From contig JAYWIR010000146.1 in NCBI GenBank assembly GCA_036172245.1, forward strand, positions 1 through 64,000: a stretch of 64,000 nt of DNA, written 5' to 3'. Below, piece after piece: positions 38,450-52,200 of the stretch. The notes beneath the pieces were generated by a model. It saw only the letters and a program-made list of their open reading frames with translations, did not search any database and had not been told where the DNA came from. Position 1 is the first letter of the stretch; each line of letters begins with the position of its first letter. This DNA comes from Raillietiella orientalis (Eukaryota). A program made the position numbers and the translations under genes.

Positions 38450-41400
38450 AGGCAATCTACCGTCATGGATAACCGCACCACCTTACGATTTCCTGGTTTC
38501 AGAGGTGGATTAAGAAAAGTGCGACATTTGATTAGGGTGGGACACTTTGCACTCCGTGTTGTTTTCATGGCAACCACTGTCGGAGTTAAAAAGTGAATTT
38601 TTTAATTCGATATGATTCATTTTATGGTACAAATTTACATCTTTTGCTGGTTTGTTATCCATTCGTAGTAAGGAGATTTCACCATTGCACTCTTGCGCTT
38701 TTTCACGAAACATACGTTGGCAGTGCGAGGCAATCTACCGTCATGGATAACCGCACAACCTTCCGATTTCCTGGTTTAAGAGGTGGATTAAGAGAAGTCC
38801 GACATTTGATTAGGGTGGGACACTTTGCACTCCGTATTGTTTTCATGGCAACCACTGTCGGAATTAGAAAGAGAATTATTTAATTCGATCTGATTCATAG
38901 TGTGGTACAAATTTCCATCTTTTGCTGGTTTGTAATCAATTCGAAGTGAGGAGATTTCACCATGCACTGTTGCGCTTTTTCACGAAGCATCCGTTGGCAA
39001 CCCGTGGCAATCTCCCTTCATGGAAAGACGCACCACCTTGCGATTTCCTGGATTCAGAGGTGGAATAAAAAAACTCCCACATTTGATTAGGGTGGGACAC
39101 TTTGCATTTCGTGTTGTTTTCATCGCAACCATTCGGAATGAGAAGGGGAATTTTTTTATTCGATCTGAATCATTTTATGGTACAAATTTACATCTTTTCC
39201 TGGTTTGTAATCAATTCGAAGTGAGGAGATTTCACCATGCACTCTTGCGCTTTTTCACGAAGCATCCGTTGGCAGCGCGAGGAAATCTACAGGCATAGAT
39301 CACCACACTACCTTGAGATTTCCTGCGTTTAGAGGTGGATGAAGAATAGTCCGACATTTCATTAGGGCGGGGCACTTTGCACTCCGTGTTGTTGTCATGG
39401 CAACCACTGTCGGAATTCATAAGTGAAATATTTAATTCGATCTGATTCACGGTATGCTATAAATTTACATCTTTTGGTGGTTTGTAATCAATTCGTAGAA
39501 GGGAGATTCCACCATTGCACTTTTGCGCTTCTTCACGAAGCATCCGTTGGCAGCGCGTGGAAATCTACCGGCATGGATCACCACACTACCTTGCGATTTC
39601 CTGCGTTTAGAGGTGGATGAAGAACAGTCCGACATTTCATTAGGGCGGGGCACTTTGCACGCCGTGTTGTTTTGAAAACAACCACTGTCGGAGTTAAGAA
39701 GTGAATTTTTTAATTCGATCTGATTCATGGTATGGTATAAATTTACATCTTTTGCTGGTTTGTAATCAATTCGAAGTGAGGAGATTTCACCATGCACTGT
39801 TGCGCTTTTTCACGAAGCATCCGTTGGCAGCGCGAGGCAATCTACCGTAATGGATAACCGCACTATCATGCGATTTCCTGGTTTCAGAAAAGGATTAAGA
39901 AAAGTCCGACATTTGATTAGGCTGGGGCACTTTGCACACCGTGTTGTTTCGATGGGAACCACTGTCGGAGTTAAAAAGTGAATTTTTTTATTCGATCTCA
40001 TTCACGGTATGGTATAAATTTACATCTTTTGGTGGTTTGTAATCTATTCATAGTACGGTGATTCCACCATTGCACTTTTGCGCTTCTTCACGAAGCATCC
40101 GTTGGCAGCACGTGGAAATATACCGGCATGGATCACCACACTACCTTGCGATTTCCTGCGTTTAGAGGTGGATTAAGAAAAGTCCGACATTTGATTAGGG
40201 TAGGACACTTTGCACTCCGTGTTGTTTTGAAAACAACCACTGTCGGAGTTAAGAAGTGAATTTTTTAATTCGATCTGATTCATGGTATGGTATAAATTTA
40301 CATCTTTTGCTGGTTTGTAATCAATTCGAAGTGAGGAGATTTCACCATGCACTGTTGCGCTTTTTCACGAAGCATCCGTTGGCAGCGCGAGGCAATCTAC
40401 CGTAATGGATAACCGCACTATCATGCGATTTCCTGGTTTCAGAGGTGGATTAAGAAAAGTGCGACATTTGATTAGGGTGGGACACGTTGCACTCCGTGTT
40501 GTTTTCATGGCAACCACTATCGGAATTAGAAAGTGAATTATTTAATTCGATCTGAATCATTTTATGGTACAAATTTACATCTTTTGCTGGTTTGTAATGG
40601 ATTCGAAGTAAGGAGATTTCACCATTGCACTTTTGCGCTTCTTCAAGAAGCATCCATTGGCAGCGCGAGGAAATCTACCTTCATAGATCACGACACTACC
40701 TTGAGATTTCCTGAGTTTCAAGGTGGATGAAGAATAGTCCGACATTTCATTAGGGCGGGGCACTTTGCAATCCGTGTTGTTTTCATGGCAACCACTGTCG
40801 GAATTGAAAAGTGAATTATTTAATTCGATCTGATTCACGGTATGGTATAAATTTACATCTTTTGCTGATTTGTAATCAATTCGAAGTGAAGACATTTCAC
40901 CATGCACTCTTGCGCTTCTTCACGAAGCATCCGTTGGCAGCCCGTGGCAATCTCCCGTCATGGAAAAACGCACCACCTTGCGATTTCCTGGATTCAGAGG
41001 TGGATTAAAAAAAGTCCCACATTTGATTAGGGTGGGACACTTTGCATTCCGTGTTGTTTTCATCGCAACCATTCGGAATGAGAAAGGGAATTTTTTTATT
41101 CCATCTGAATCATTTTATGGTACAAATTTACATCTTTTGCTGGTTTGTAATGAATTCGAAGTAAGGAGATTTCACCACTGCACTTTTGCGCTTCTTCACG
41201 AAGCATCCAAAGGCAGCGCGAGGAAATCTACCGGCATAGATCACCACACTACCTTGAGAGTTCCTGCGTTTAAAGGTGGATTAAGAATAGTCCGACATTT
41301 CATTAGGGCGGGGCAATTTGCAATCCGTGTTGTTGTCATGGCAACCACTGTAGGAAATGATAAGTGAATTTTTTAATTCGATCTGATTCATAGTGTGTTA

Positions 41401-43440
41401 CAAATTTACATCTTTTGCTGGTTTGTAATCAATTCGTAGTACGGAGATTTCACGATTGCACTGTTGCGCTTTTTCACGACGCTTCCGCTGGCAGCGCGAG
41501 GCAATCTACCGTCATGGATAACCGCACCACCTTACGATTTCCTGGTTTCAGAGGTGGATTAATAAAAGTGCGACATTTGACTAGGGCGGGGCACTTTGCA
41601 CTTCGTGTTGTTTTCATGGCAACCACTGTCGGAGTTGAAAAGTGAATTTTTTAATTCGATATGATACATTTTATGGTACAAATTTACATCTTTTGTTGGT
41701 TTGTTATCCATTCGTAGTAAGGAGATTTCACCATTGCACTGTTGCGCTTTTTCACGAAACATACGTTGGCAGTGCGAGGCAATCTACCGTCATGGGTAAC
41801 CGCACAACCTTCCGATTTCCTGGTTTAAGAGGTGGATTAAGAAAAGTGCGACATTTGATTAGGGTGGGACACGTTGCACTCCGTGTTGTTTTCATGGCAA
41901 CCACTGTCGGAGTTAAAAAGTGAATTTTTTAATTCGATCTGATTCATTTTATGGTACAAATTTCCATCTTTCGCTGGTTTGGAATCAATTCGAAGTGAGT
42001 AGATTTCACCATGCACTGTTGCGCTTTTTCACGAAGCATCCCTTGGCAGCGCGAGGCAATCTACCGTCATGGATAACCGCACCACCTTACGATTTCCTGG
42101 TTTCAGAGGTGAATTAAGAAAAGTGCGACATTTGATTAGGGTGGGACACGTTGCACTCCGTGTTGTTTTCATGGCAACCACTGTCGGAGTTAAAAAGTGA
42201 ATTTTTTAATTCGATATGATTCATTTTATGGTACAAATTTACATCTTTTGCTGGTTTGTTATCCATTGTAGTAAGGAGATTTCACCATTGCACTTTGCGC
42301 TTTTTCACGAAACATACGTTGGCAGTGCGAGGCAATCTACCGTCATGGATAACCGCACAACCTTCCGATTTCCTGGTTTCAGAGGTGGATTAAGAAAAGT
42401 CCGACATTTGATTAGGGTGGGACACTTTGCACTCCGTATTGTTTTCATGGCAACCACTGTCGGAATTAGAAAGAGAATTATTTAATTCGATCTGATTCAT
42501 AGTGTGGTACAAATTTCCATCTTTTGCTGGTTTGTAATCAATTCGAAGTGAGGAGATTTCACCATGCACTGTTGCGCTTTTTCACGAAGCATCCGTTGGC
42601 AACCCGTGGCAATCTCCCTTCATGGAAAGACGCACCACCTTGCGATTTTCTGGATTCAGAGGTGGAATAAAAAAACTCCCACATTTGATTAGGGTGGGAC
42701 ACTTTGCATTTCGTGTTGTTTTCATCGCAACCATTCGGAATGAGAAGGGGAATTTTTTTATTCGATCTGAATCATTTTATGGTACAAATTTACATCTTTT
42801 CCTGGTTTGTAATCAATTCGAAGTGAGGAGATTTCACCATGCACTCTTGCGCTTTTTCACGAAGCATCCGTTGGCAGCGCGAGGAAATCTACAGGCATAG
42901 ATCACCACACTACCTTGAGATTTCCTGCGTTTAGAGGTGGATGAAGAATAGTCCGACATTTCATTAGGGCGGGGCACTTTGCACTCCGTGTTGTTGTCAT
43001 GGCAACCACTGTCGGAATTCATAAGTGAATTATTTAATTCGATCTGATTCACGGTATGGTAAAAATTTACATCTTTTGCTGGTTTGTAATCAATTCGTAG
43101 TACGGAGATTTCACCATTGCACTTTTGCGCTTCTTCACGAAGCATCCGTTGGCAGCGCGAGGAAATCTACCGGCATGGATCACCACACTACCTTGCGATT
43201 TCCTGCGTTTAGAGGTGGATGAAGAACAGTCCGACATTTCATTAGGGCGGGGCACTTTGCACGCCGTGTTGTTTTGAAAACAACCACTGTCGGAGTTAAG
43301 AAGTGAATTTTTTAATTCGATCTGATTCATGGTATGGTATAAATTTACATCTTTTGCTGGTTTGTAATCAATTCGAAGTGAGGAGATTTCACCATGCACT
43401 GTTGCGCTTTTTCACGAAGCATCCGTTGGCAGCGCGAGGC
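38450..43440. repeat. 13-monomer-period duplication (offset ~3,602 bp): ~38450-39850 repeated at ~42050-43440
   Basis: ORF pairs 39020/42622, 39232/42834 and 39465/43067. Shared variants AAAACTCCCAC, CTTTTCCTGG and TCTACAGGCATAG. Confidence 0.82.
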
Positions 43441-46400
43441 AATCTTCCGTCATGGATAACCGCACCACCTTGCGATTTCCTGGTTTCAGAAAAGGATTAA
43501 GAAAAGTCCGACATTTGATTAGGCTAGGGCACTTTGCACACCGTGTTGTTTCGATGGGAACCACTGTCGGAGTTAAAAAGTGAATTTTTTTATTCGATCT
43601 CATTCACGGTATGGTATAAATTTACATCTTTTGGTGGTTTGTAATCTATTCGTAGTACGGTGATTCCACCATTGCACTTTTGCGCTTCTTCACGAAGCAT
43701 CCGTTGGCATCACGTGGAAATCTACCGGCATGGATCACCACACTACCTTGCGATTTCCTGCGTTTAGAGGTGGATTAACAAAAGTATGACATTTGATTAG
43801 GGTGGGACACTTTGCACTCCGTGTTGTTTTTAAAACAACCACTGTCGGAGTTAAGAAGTGAATTTTTTAATTCGATCTGATTCATGGTATGGTATAAATT
43901 TACATCTTTTGCTGGTTTGTAATCAATTAGAAGTGAGGAGATTTCACCATGCACTGTTGCGCTTTTTCAAGAAGCATCCGTTGCAGCGCGAGGCAATCTA
44001 CCGTCATGGATAACCGCACCACCTTACGATTTCCTGGTTTCAGAGGTGGATTAAGAAAAGTGCGACATTTGATTAGGGTGGGACACGTTGCACTCCGTGT
44101 TCTTTTCATGGCAACCACTGTCGGAGTTAAAAAGTGAATTTTTTAATTCGATATGATTCATTTTATGGTACAAATTTACATATTTTGCTGGTTTGTTATC
44201 CATTCGTAGTAAGGAGATTTCACCATTGCACTGTTGCGCTTTTTCACGAAACATACGTTGGCAGTGCGAGGCAATCTACCGTCATGGATAACCGCACAAC
44301 CTTCCGATTTCCTGGTTTAAGAGGTGGATTAAGAGAAGTCCGACATTTGATTAGGGTGGGACACTTTGCACTCCGTATTGTTTTCATGGCAACCACTGTC
44401 GGAATTAGAAAGAGAATTATTTAATTCGATCTCATTCATAGTGTGGTACAAATTTCCATCTTTTGCTGGTTTGTAATCAATTCGAAGTGAGGAGATTTCA
44501 CCATGCACTGTTGCGCTTTTTCACGAAGCATCCGTTGGCAGCGCGAGGCAATCTACCGTCATGGATAACCGCACCACCTTGCGATTTCCTGGTTTCAGAA
44601 AAGGATTAAGAAAAGTCCGACATTTGATTAGGCTGGGGCACTTTGCACACCGTGTTGTTTCGATGGGAACCACTGTCGGAGTTAAAAAGTGAATTTTTTC
44701 ATTCGATCTCATTCACGGTATGGTATAAATTTACATCTTTTATTGGTTTGTAATCTATTCATAGTACGGTGATTCCACCATTGCACTTTTGCGCTTCTTC
44801 ACGAAGCATCCGTTGGCAGCACGTGGAAATATACCGGCATGGATCACCACACTACCTTGCGATTTCCTGCGTTTAGAGGTGGATTAAGAAAAGTCCGACA
44901 TTTGATTAGGGTGGGACACTTTGCACTCCGTGTTGTTTTGAAAACAACCACTGTCGGAATTAAAAAGTGAATTTTTTAATTCGATCTGATTCATGGTATG
45001 GTATAAATTTACATCTTTTGCTGGTTTGTAATCAATTAGAAGTGAGGAGATTTCACCATGCACTGTTGCGCTTTTTCAAGAAGCATCCGTTGCAGCGCGA
45101 GGCAATCTACCGTCATGGATAACCGCACCATCATGCGATTTCCTGCTTTCAGAGGTGGATTCAGAAAAGTCCGACATTTCATTAGGGCGGGGCACTTTGA
45201 ACTCCTTGTTGTTTTCATGGCAACCACTATCGGAATTAGAAAGTGAATTATTTAATTCGATCTGATTCATTTTATGGTACAAATTTCCATCTTTCGCTGG
45301 TTTGGAATCAATTCGAAGTGAGGAGATTTCACCATGCACTGTTGCGCTTTTTCACGAAGCATCCGTTGGCAGCCCGTGGCAATCTCCCTTCATGGAAAGA
45401 CGCACCACCTTGCGATTTCCTGGATTCAGAGGTGGAATTAAAAAAGTCCCACATTTGATTAGGGTGGGACACTTTGCATTCCGTGTTGTTTTCATCGCAA
45501 CCATTCGGAATGAGAAGGGGAATTTTTATATTCGATCTGAATCATTTTATGGTACAAATTTACATCTTTTGCTGGTTTGTAATCAATTCGAAGTGAGGAG
45601 ATTTCACCATGCACTCTTACGCTTTTTCACGAAGCATTTGTTGGCAGCGCGAGGCAATCTACAGGCATAGATCACCACACTAGCTTGAGATTTCCTGCGT
45701 TTAGAGGTGGATGAAGAATAGTCCGACATTTCATTAGGGCGGGGCACTTTGTAATCCGTGTTGTTTTCATGGCAACCACTGTCGGAATTGAAAAGTGAAT
45801 AATTTAATTCGATCTGATTCACGGTATGGTATAAATTTACATCTTTTGCTGATTTGTAATCAATTCGAAGTGAAGACATTTCACCATGCACTCTTGCGCT
45901 CCTTCACGAAGCATCCGTTGGCAGCCCGTGGCAATCTCCCGTCATGGAAAAACGCACCACCTTGCGATTTCCTGGATTCAGAGGTGGATTAAAAAAAGTC
46001 CCACATTTGATTAGGGTGGGACACTTTGCATTCCGTGTTGTTTTCATCGCAACCATTCGGAATGAGAAAGGGAATTTTTTTATTCCATCTGAATCATTTT
46101 ATGGTACAAATTTACATCTTTTGCTGGTTTGTAATGAATTCGAAGTAAGGAGATTTCACCACTGCACTTTTGCGCTTCTTCACGAAGCATCCATAGGCAG
46201 CGCGAGGAAATCTACCGGCATAGATCACCACACTACCTTGAGAGTTCCTGCGTTTAAAGGTGGATTAAGAATAGTCCGACATTTCATTAGGGCGGGGCAA
46301 TTTGCAATCCGTGTTGTTGTCATGGCAACCACTGTAGGAAATGATAAGTGAATTTTTTAATTCGATCTGATTCATAGTGTGTTACAAATTTACATCTTTT

Positions 46401-49270
46401 GCTGGTTTGTAATCAATTCGTAGTACGGAGATTTCACGATTGCACTGTTGCGCTTTTTCACGACGCTTCCGCTGGCAGCGCGAGGCAATCTACCGTCATG
46501 GATAACCGCACCACCTTACGATTTCCTGGTTTCAGAGGTGGATTAATAAAAGTGCGACATTTGACTAGGGCGGGGCACTTTGCACTTCGTGTTGTTTTCA
46601 TGGCAACCACTGTCGGAGTTAAAAAGTGAATTTTTTAATTCGATATGATACATTTTATGGTACAAATTTACATCTTTTGTTGGTTTGTTATCCATTTGTA
46701 GTAAGGAGATTTCACCATTGCACTGTTGCGCTTTTTCACGAAACATACGTTGGCAGTGCGAGGCAATCTATTGTCATGGGTAACCGCACAACCTTCCGAT
46801 TTCCTGGTTTAAGAGGTGGATTAAGAGAAGTCCGACATTTGATTAGGGTGGGACACTTTGCACTCCGTATTGTTTTCATGGCAACCACTGTCGGAATTAG
46901 AAATAGAATTATTTAATTCGATCTGATTCATAGTGTGGTACAAATTTCCATCTTTTGCTGGTTTGTAATCAATTCGAAGTGAGGAGATTTCACCATGCAC
47001 TGTTGCGCTTTTTCACGAAGCATCCGTTGGCAGCCCGTGGCAATCTCCCTTCATGGAAAGACGCACCGCCTTACGATTTCCTGGATTCAGAGGTGGAATA
47101 AAAAAAGTCCCACATTTGATTAGGGTGGGACACTTTGCATTCCGTGTTGTTTTCATGGCAACCATTCGGAATGAGAAGGGGAATATTTTTATTCGATCTG
47201 AATCATTTTATTGTACAAATTTACATCTTTTGCTGGTTTGTAATCAATTCGAAGTGAGGAGATTTCACCATGCACTCTTGCGCTTTTTCACGAAGCATCC
47301 GTTGGCAGCGCGAGGCAATCTACCGTCATGGATAACCGCACCACCTTGCGATTTCCTGGTTTCAGAAAAGGATTAAGAAAAGTCCGACATTTGATTAGGC
47401 TAGGGCACTTTGCACACCGTGTTGTTTCGATGGGAACCACTGTCGGAGTTAAAAAGTGAATTTTTTTATTCGATCTCATTCACGGTATGGTATAAATTTA
47501 CATCTTTTGGTGGTCTGTAATCTATTCGTAGTACGGTGATTCCACCATTGCACTTTTGCGCTTCTTCACGAAGCATCCGTTGGCAGCACGTGGAAATCTA
47601 CCGGCATGGATCACCACACTACCTTGCGATTTCCTGCGTTTAGAGGTGGATTAACAAAAGTATGACATTTGATTAGGGTGGGACACTTTGCACTCCGTGT
47701 TGTTTTGAAAACAACCACTGTCGGAGTTAAAAAGTGAATTTTTTAATTCGATCTGATTCATGGTATGGTATAAATTTACATCTTTTGCTGGTTTGTAATC
47801 AATTAGAAGTGAGGAGATTTCACCATGCACTGTTGCGCTTTTTCAAGAAGCATCCGTTGCAGCGCGAGGCAATCTACCGTCATGGATAACCGCACCACCT
47901 TACGATTTCCTGGTTTCAGAGGTGGATTAAGAAAAGTGCGACATTTGATTAGGGTGGGACACGTTGCACTCCGTGTTCTTTTCATGGCAACCACTGTCGG
48001 AGTTAAAAAGTGAATTTTTTAATTCGATATGATTCATTTTATGGTACAAATTTACATATTTTGCTGGTTTGTTATCCATTCGTAGTAAGGAGATTTCACC
48101 ATTGCACTGTTGCGCTTTTTCACGAAACATACGTTGGCAGTGCGAGGCAATCTACCGTCATGGATAACCGCACAACCTTCCGATTTCCTGGTTTAAGAGG
48201 TGGATTAAGAGAAGTCCGACATTTGATTAGGGTGGGACACTTTGCACTCCGTATTGTTTTCATGGCAACCACTGTCGGAATTAGAAAGAGAATTATTTAA
48301 TTCGATCTCATTCATAGTGTGGTACAAATTTCCATCTTTTGCTGGTTTGTAATCAATTCGAAGTGAGGAGATTTCACCATGCACTGTTGCGCTTTTTCAC
48401 GAAGCATCCGTTGGCAGCGCGAGGCAATCTACCGTCATGGATAACCGCACCACCTTGCGATTTCCTGGTTTCAGAAAAGGATTAAGAAAAGTCCGACATT
48501 TGATTAGGCTGGGGCACTTTGCACACCGTGTTGTTTCGATGGGAACCACTGTCGGAGTTAAAAGCTGAATTTTTTTATTCGATCTCATTCACGGTATGGT
48601 ATAAATTTACATCTTTTATTGGTTTATAATCCATTCATAGTACGGTGATTACACCATTGCACTTTTGCGCTTCTTCACGAAGCATCCGTTGGCAGCACGT
48701 GGAAATATACCGGCATGGATCACCACACTACCTTGCGATTTCCTGCGTTTAGAGGTGGATTAAGAAAAGTCCGACATTTGATTAGGGTGGGACACTTTGC
48801 ACTCCGTGTTGTTTTGAAAACAACCACTGTCGGAATTAAAAAGTGAATTTTTTAATTCGATCTGATTCATGGTATGGTATAAATTCACATCTTTTGCTGG
48901 TTTGTAATCAATTAGAAGTGAGGACATTTCACCATGCACTGTTGCGCTTTTTCAAGAAGCATCCGTTGCAGCGCGAGGCAATCTACCGTCATGGATAACC
49001 GCACCATCATGCGATTTCCTGCTTTCAGAGGTGGATTCAGAAAAGTCCGACATTTCATTAGGGCGGGGCACTTTCAACTCCTTGTTGTTTTCATTGCAAC
49101 CACTATCGGAATTAGAAAGTGAATTATTTAATTCGATCTGATTCATTTTATGGTACAAATTTCCATCTTTCGCTGGTTTGGAATCAATTCGAAGTGAGGA
49201 GATTTCACCATGCACTGTTGCGCTTTTTCACGAAGCATCCGTTGGCAGCCCGTGGCAATCTCCCTTCATG
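43370..49270. repeat. 14-monomer-period region (offset 3,876 bp) built from copies of the 33.8-37.4 kb block
   Basis: ORF pairs 43412/47288, 43949/47825, 44134/48010, 45058/48934 and 45243/49119. The marker TAACAAAAGTATGAC lies at 35741, 43776, 47652 and 60633. Confidence 0.88.
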
Positions 49271-52200
49271 GAAAGACGCACCGCCTTACGATTTCCTGGA
49301 TTCAGAGGTGGAATAAAAAAAGTCCCACATTTGATTAGGGTGGGACACTTTGCATTCCGTGTTTTTTTCATGGCAACCATTCGGAATGAGAAGGGGAATT
49401 TTTTTATTCGATCTGAATCATTTTATGGTACAAATTTACATCTTTTGCAGGTTTGTAATCAATTCGAAGTGAGGAGATTTCACCATGCACTCTTGCGCTT
49501 TTTCACGAAGCATCCGTTGGCAGCGCGAGGCAATCTACCGTCATGGATAACCGCACCACCTTGCGATTTCCTGGTTTCAGAAAAGGATTAAGAAAAGTCC
49601 GACATTTGATTAGGCTGGGGCACTTTGCACACCGTGTTGTTTCGATGGGAACCACTGTCGGAGTTAAAAAGTGAATTTTTTTATTCGATCTCATTCACGG
49701 TATGGTATAAATTTACATCTTTTGCTGGTTTCAACATGCACTGTTGCGCTTTTTCAAGAAGCATCCGTTGCAGCGCGAGGCAATCTACCGTCATGGATAA
49801 CCGCACCACCTTACGATTTCCTGGTTTCAGAGGTGGATTAAGAAAAGTGCGACATTTGATTAGGGTGGGACACGTTGCACTCCGTGTTCTTTTCATGACA
49901 ACCACTGTCGGAGTTAAAAAGTGAATTTTTTAAATCGATATGATTCATTTTATGGTACAAATTTACATATTTTGCTGGTTTGTTATCCATTCGTAGTAAG
50001 GAGATTTCACCATTGCACTGTTGCGCTTTTTCACGAAACATACTTTGGCAGTGCGAGGCAATCTACCGTCATGAATAACCGCACAACCTTCCGATTTCCT
50101 GGTTTAAGAGGTGGATTAAGAGAAGTCCGACATTTGATTAGGGTGGGACACTTTGCACTCCGTATTGTTTTCATGGCAACCACTGTCGGAATTAGAAAGA
50201 GAATTATTTAATTCGATCTCATTCATAGTGTGGTACAAATTTCCATCTTTTGCTGGTTTGTAATCAATTCGAAGTGAGGAGATTTCACCATGCACTGTTG
50301 CGCTTTTTCACGAAGCATCCGTTGGCAGCCCGTGGCAATCTCCCTTCATGGAAAGACGCACCACCTTGCGATTTCCTGGATTCAGAGGTGGAATTAAAAA
50401 AGTCCCACATTTGATTAGGGTGGGACACTTTGCATTCCGTGTTGTTTTCATCGCAACCATTCGGAATGAGAAGGGGAATTTTTATATTCGATCTGAATCA
50501 TTTTATGGTACAAATTTACATCTTTTGCTGGTTTGTAATCAATTCGAAGTGAGGAGATTTCACCATGCACTCTTACGCTTTTTCACGAAGCATTTGTTGG
50601 CAGCGCGAGGCAATCTACCGTCATGAATAACCGCAATACCTTGCGATTTCCTGGTTTCAGAAAAGGATTAAGAAAAGTCCGACATTTGATTAGGCTGGGG
50701 CACTTTGCACACCGTGTTGTTTCGATGGGAACCACTGTCGGAGTTAAAAAGTGAATTTTTTTATTCGATCTCATTCACGGTATGGTATAAATTTACATCT
50801 TTTATTGGTTTGTAATCTATTCATAGTACGGTGATTCCACCATTGCACTTTTGCGCTTCTTCACGAAGCATCCGTTGGCAGCACGTGGAAATATACCGGC
50901 ATGGATCACCACACTACCTTGCGATTTCCTGCGTTTAGAGGTGGATTAAGAAAAGTCCGACATTTGATTAGGGTGGGACACTTTGCACTCCGTGTTGTTT
51001 TGAAAACAACCACTGTCGGAATTAAAAAGTGAATTTTTTAATTCGATCTGATTCATGGTATGGTATAAATTTACATCTTTTGCTGGTTTGTAATCAATTA
51101 GAAGTGAGGAGATTTCACCATGCACTGTTGCGCTTTTTCAAGAAGCATCCGTTGCAGCGCGAGGCAATCTACCGTCATGGATAACCGCACCATCATGCGA
51201 TTTCCTGCTTTCAGAGGTGGATTCAGAAAAGTCCGACATTTCATTAGGGCGGGGCACTTTGAACTCCTTGTTGTTTTCATGGCAACCACTATCGGAATTA
51301 GAAAGTGAATTATTTAATTCGATCTGATTCATTTTATGGTACAAATTTCCATCTTTCGCTGGTTTGGAATCAATTCGAAGTGAGGAGATTTCACCATGCA
51401 CTGTTGCGCTTTTTCACGAAGCATCCCTTGGCAGCGCGAGGCAATCTACCGTCATGGATAACCGCACCACCTTACGATTTCCTGGTTTCAGAGGTGGATT
51501 AAGAAAAGTGCGACATTTGATTAGGGTAACACGTTGCACTCCGTGTTGTTTTCATGGCAACCACTGTCGGAGTTAAAAAGTGAATTTTTTAATTCGATCT
51601 GATTCATTTTATGGTACAAATTTCCATCTTTCGCTGGTTTGGAATCAATTCGAAGTGAGTAGATTTCACCATGCACTGTTGCGCTTTTTCACGAAGCATC
51701 CCTTGGCAGCGCGAGGCAATCCACCGTCATGGATAACCGCACCACCTTACGATTTCCTGGTTTCAGAGGTGGATTAAGAAAAGTCCGACATTTGATTAGG
51801 GTGGGACACGTTGCACTCCGTGTTGTTTTCATGGCAACCACTGTCGGAGTTAAAAAGTGAATTTTTTAATTCGATATGATTCACTTTATGGTATAAATTT
51901 ACTTCTTTTGCTGGTTTGTAATCAATTCGTTGTACGGAGATTTCACCATTGCACCGTTGCCCTTTTTCACGAAACATACGTTGGCAGTGCGAGGCAATCT
52001 ACGGTCATGGATAACCGCAACATCATGCGATTTCCTGGTTTCAGAGGTGGATTAAGAAAAGTCCGACATTTCATTAGGGCGGGGCACTTTGAACTCCTTG
52101 TTGTTTTCATGGCAACCACTATCGGAATTAGAAAGTGAATTATTTAATTCGATCTGATTCATTTTATGGTACAAATTTCCATCTTTCGCTGGTTTGGAAT

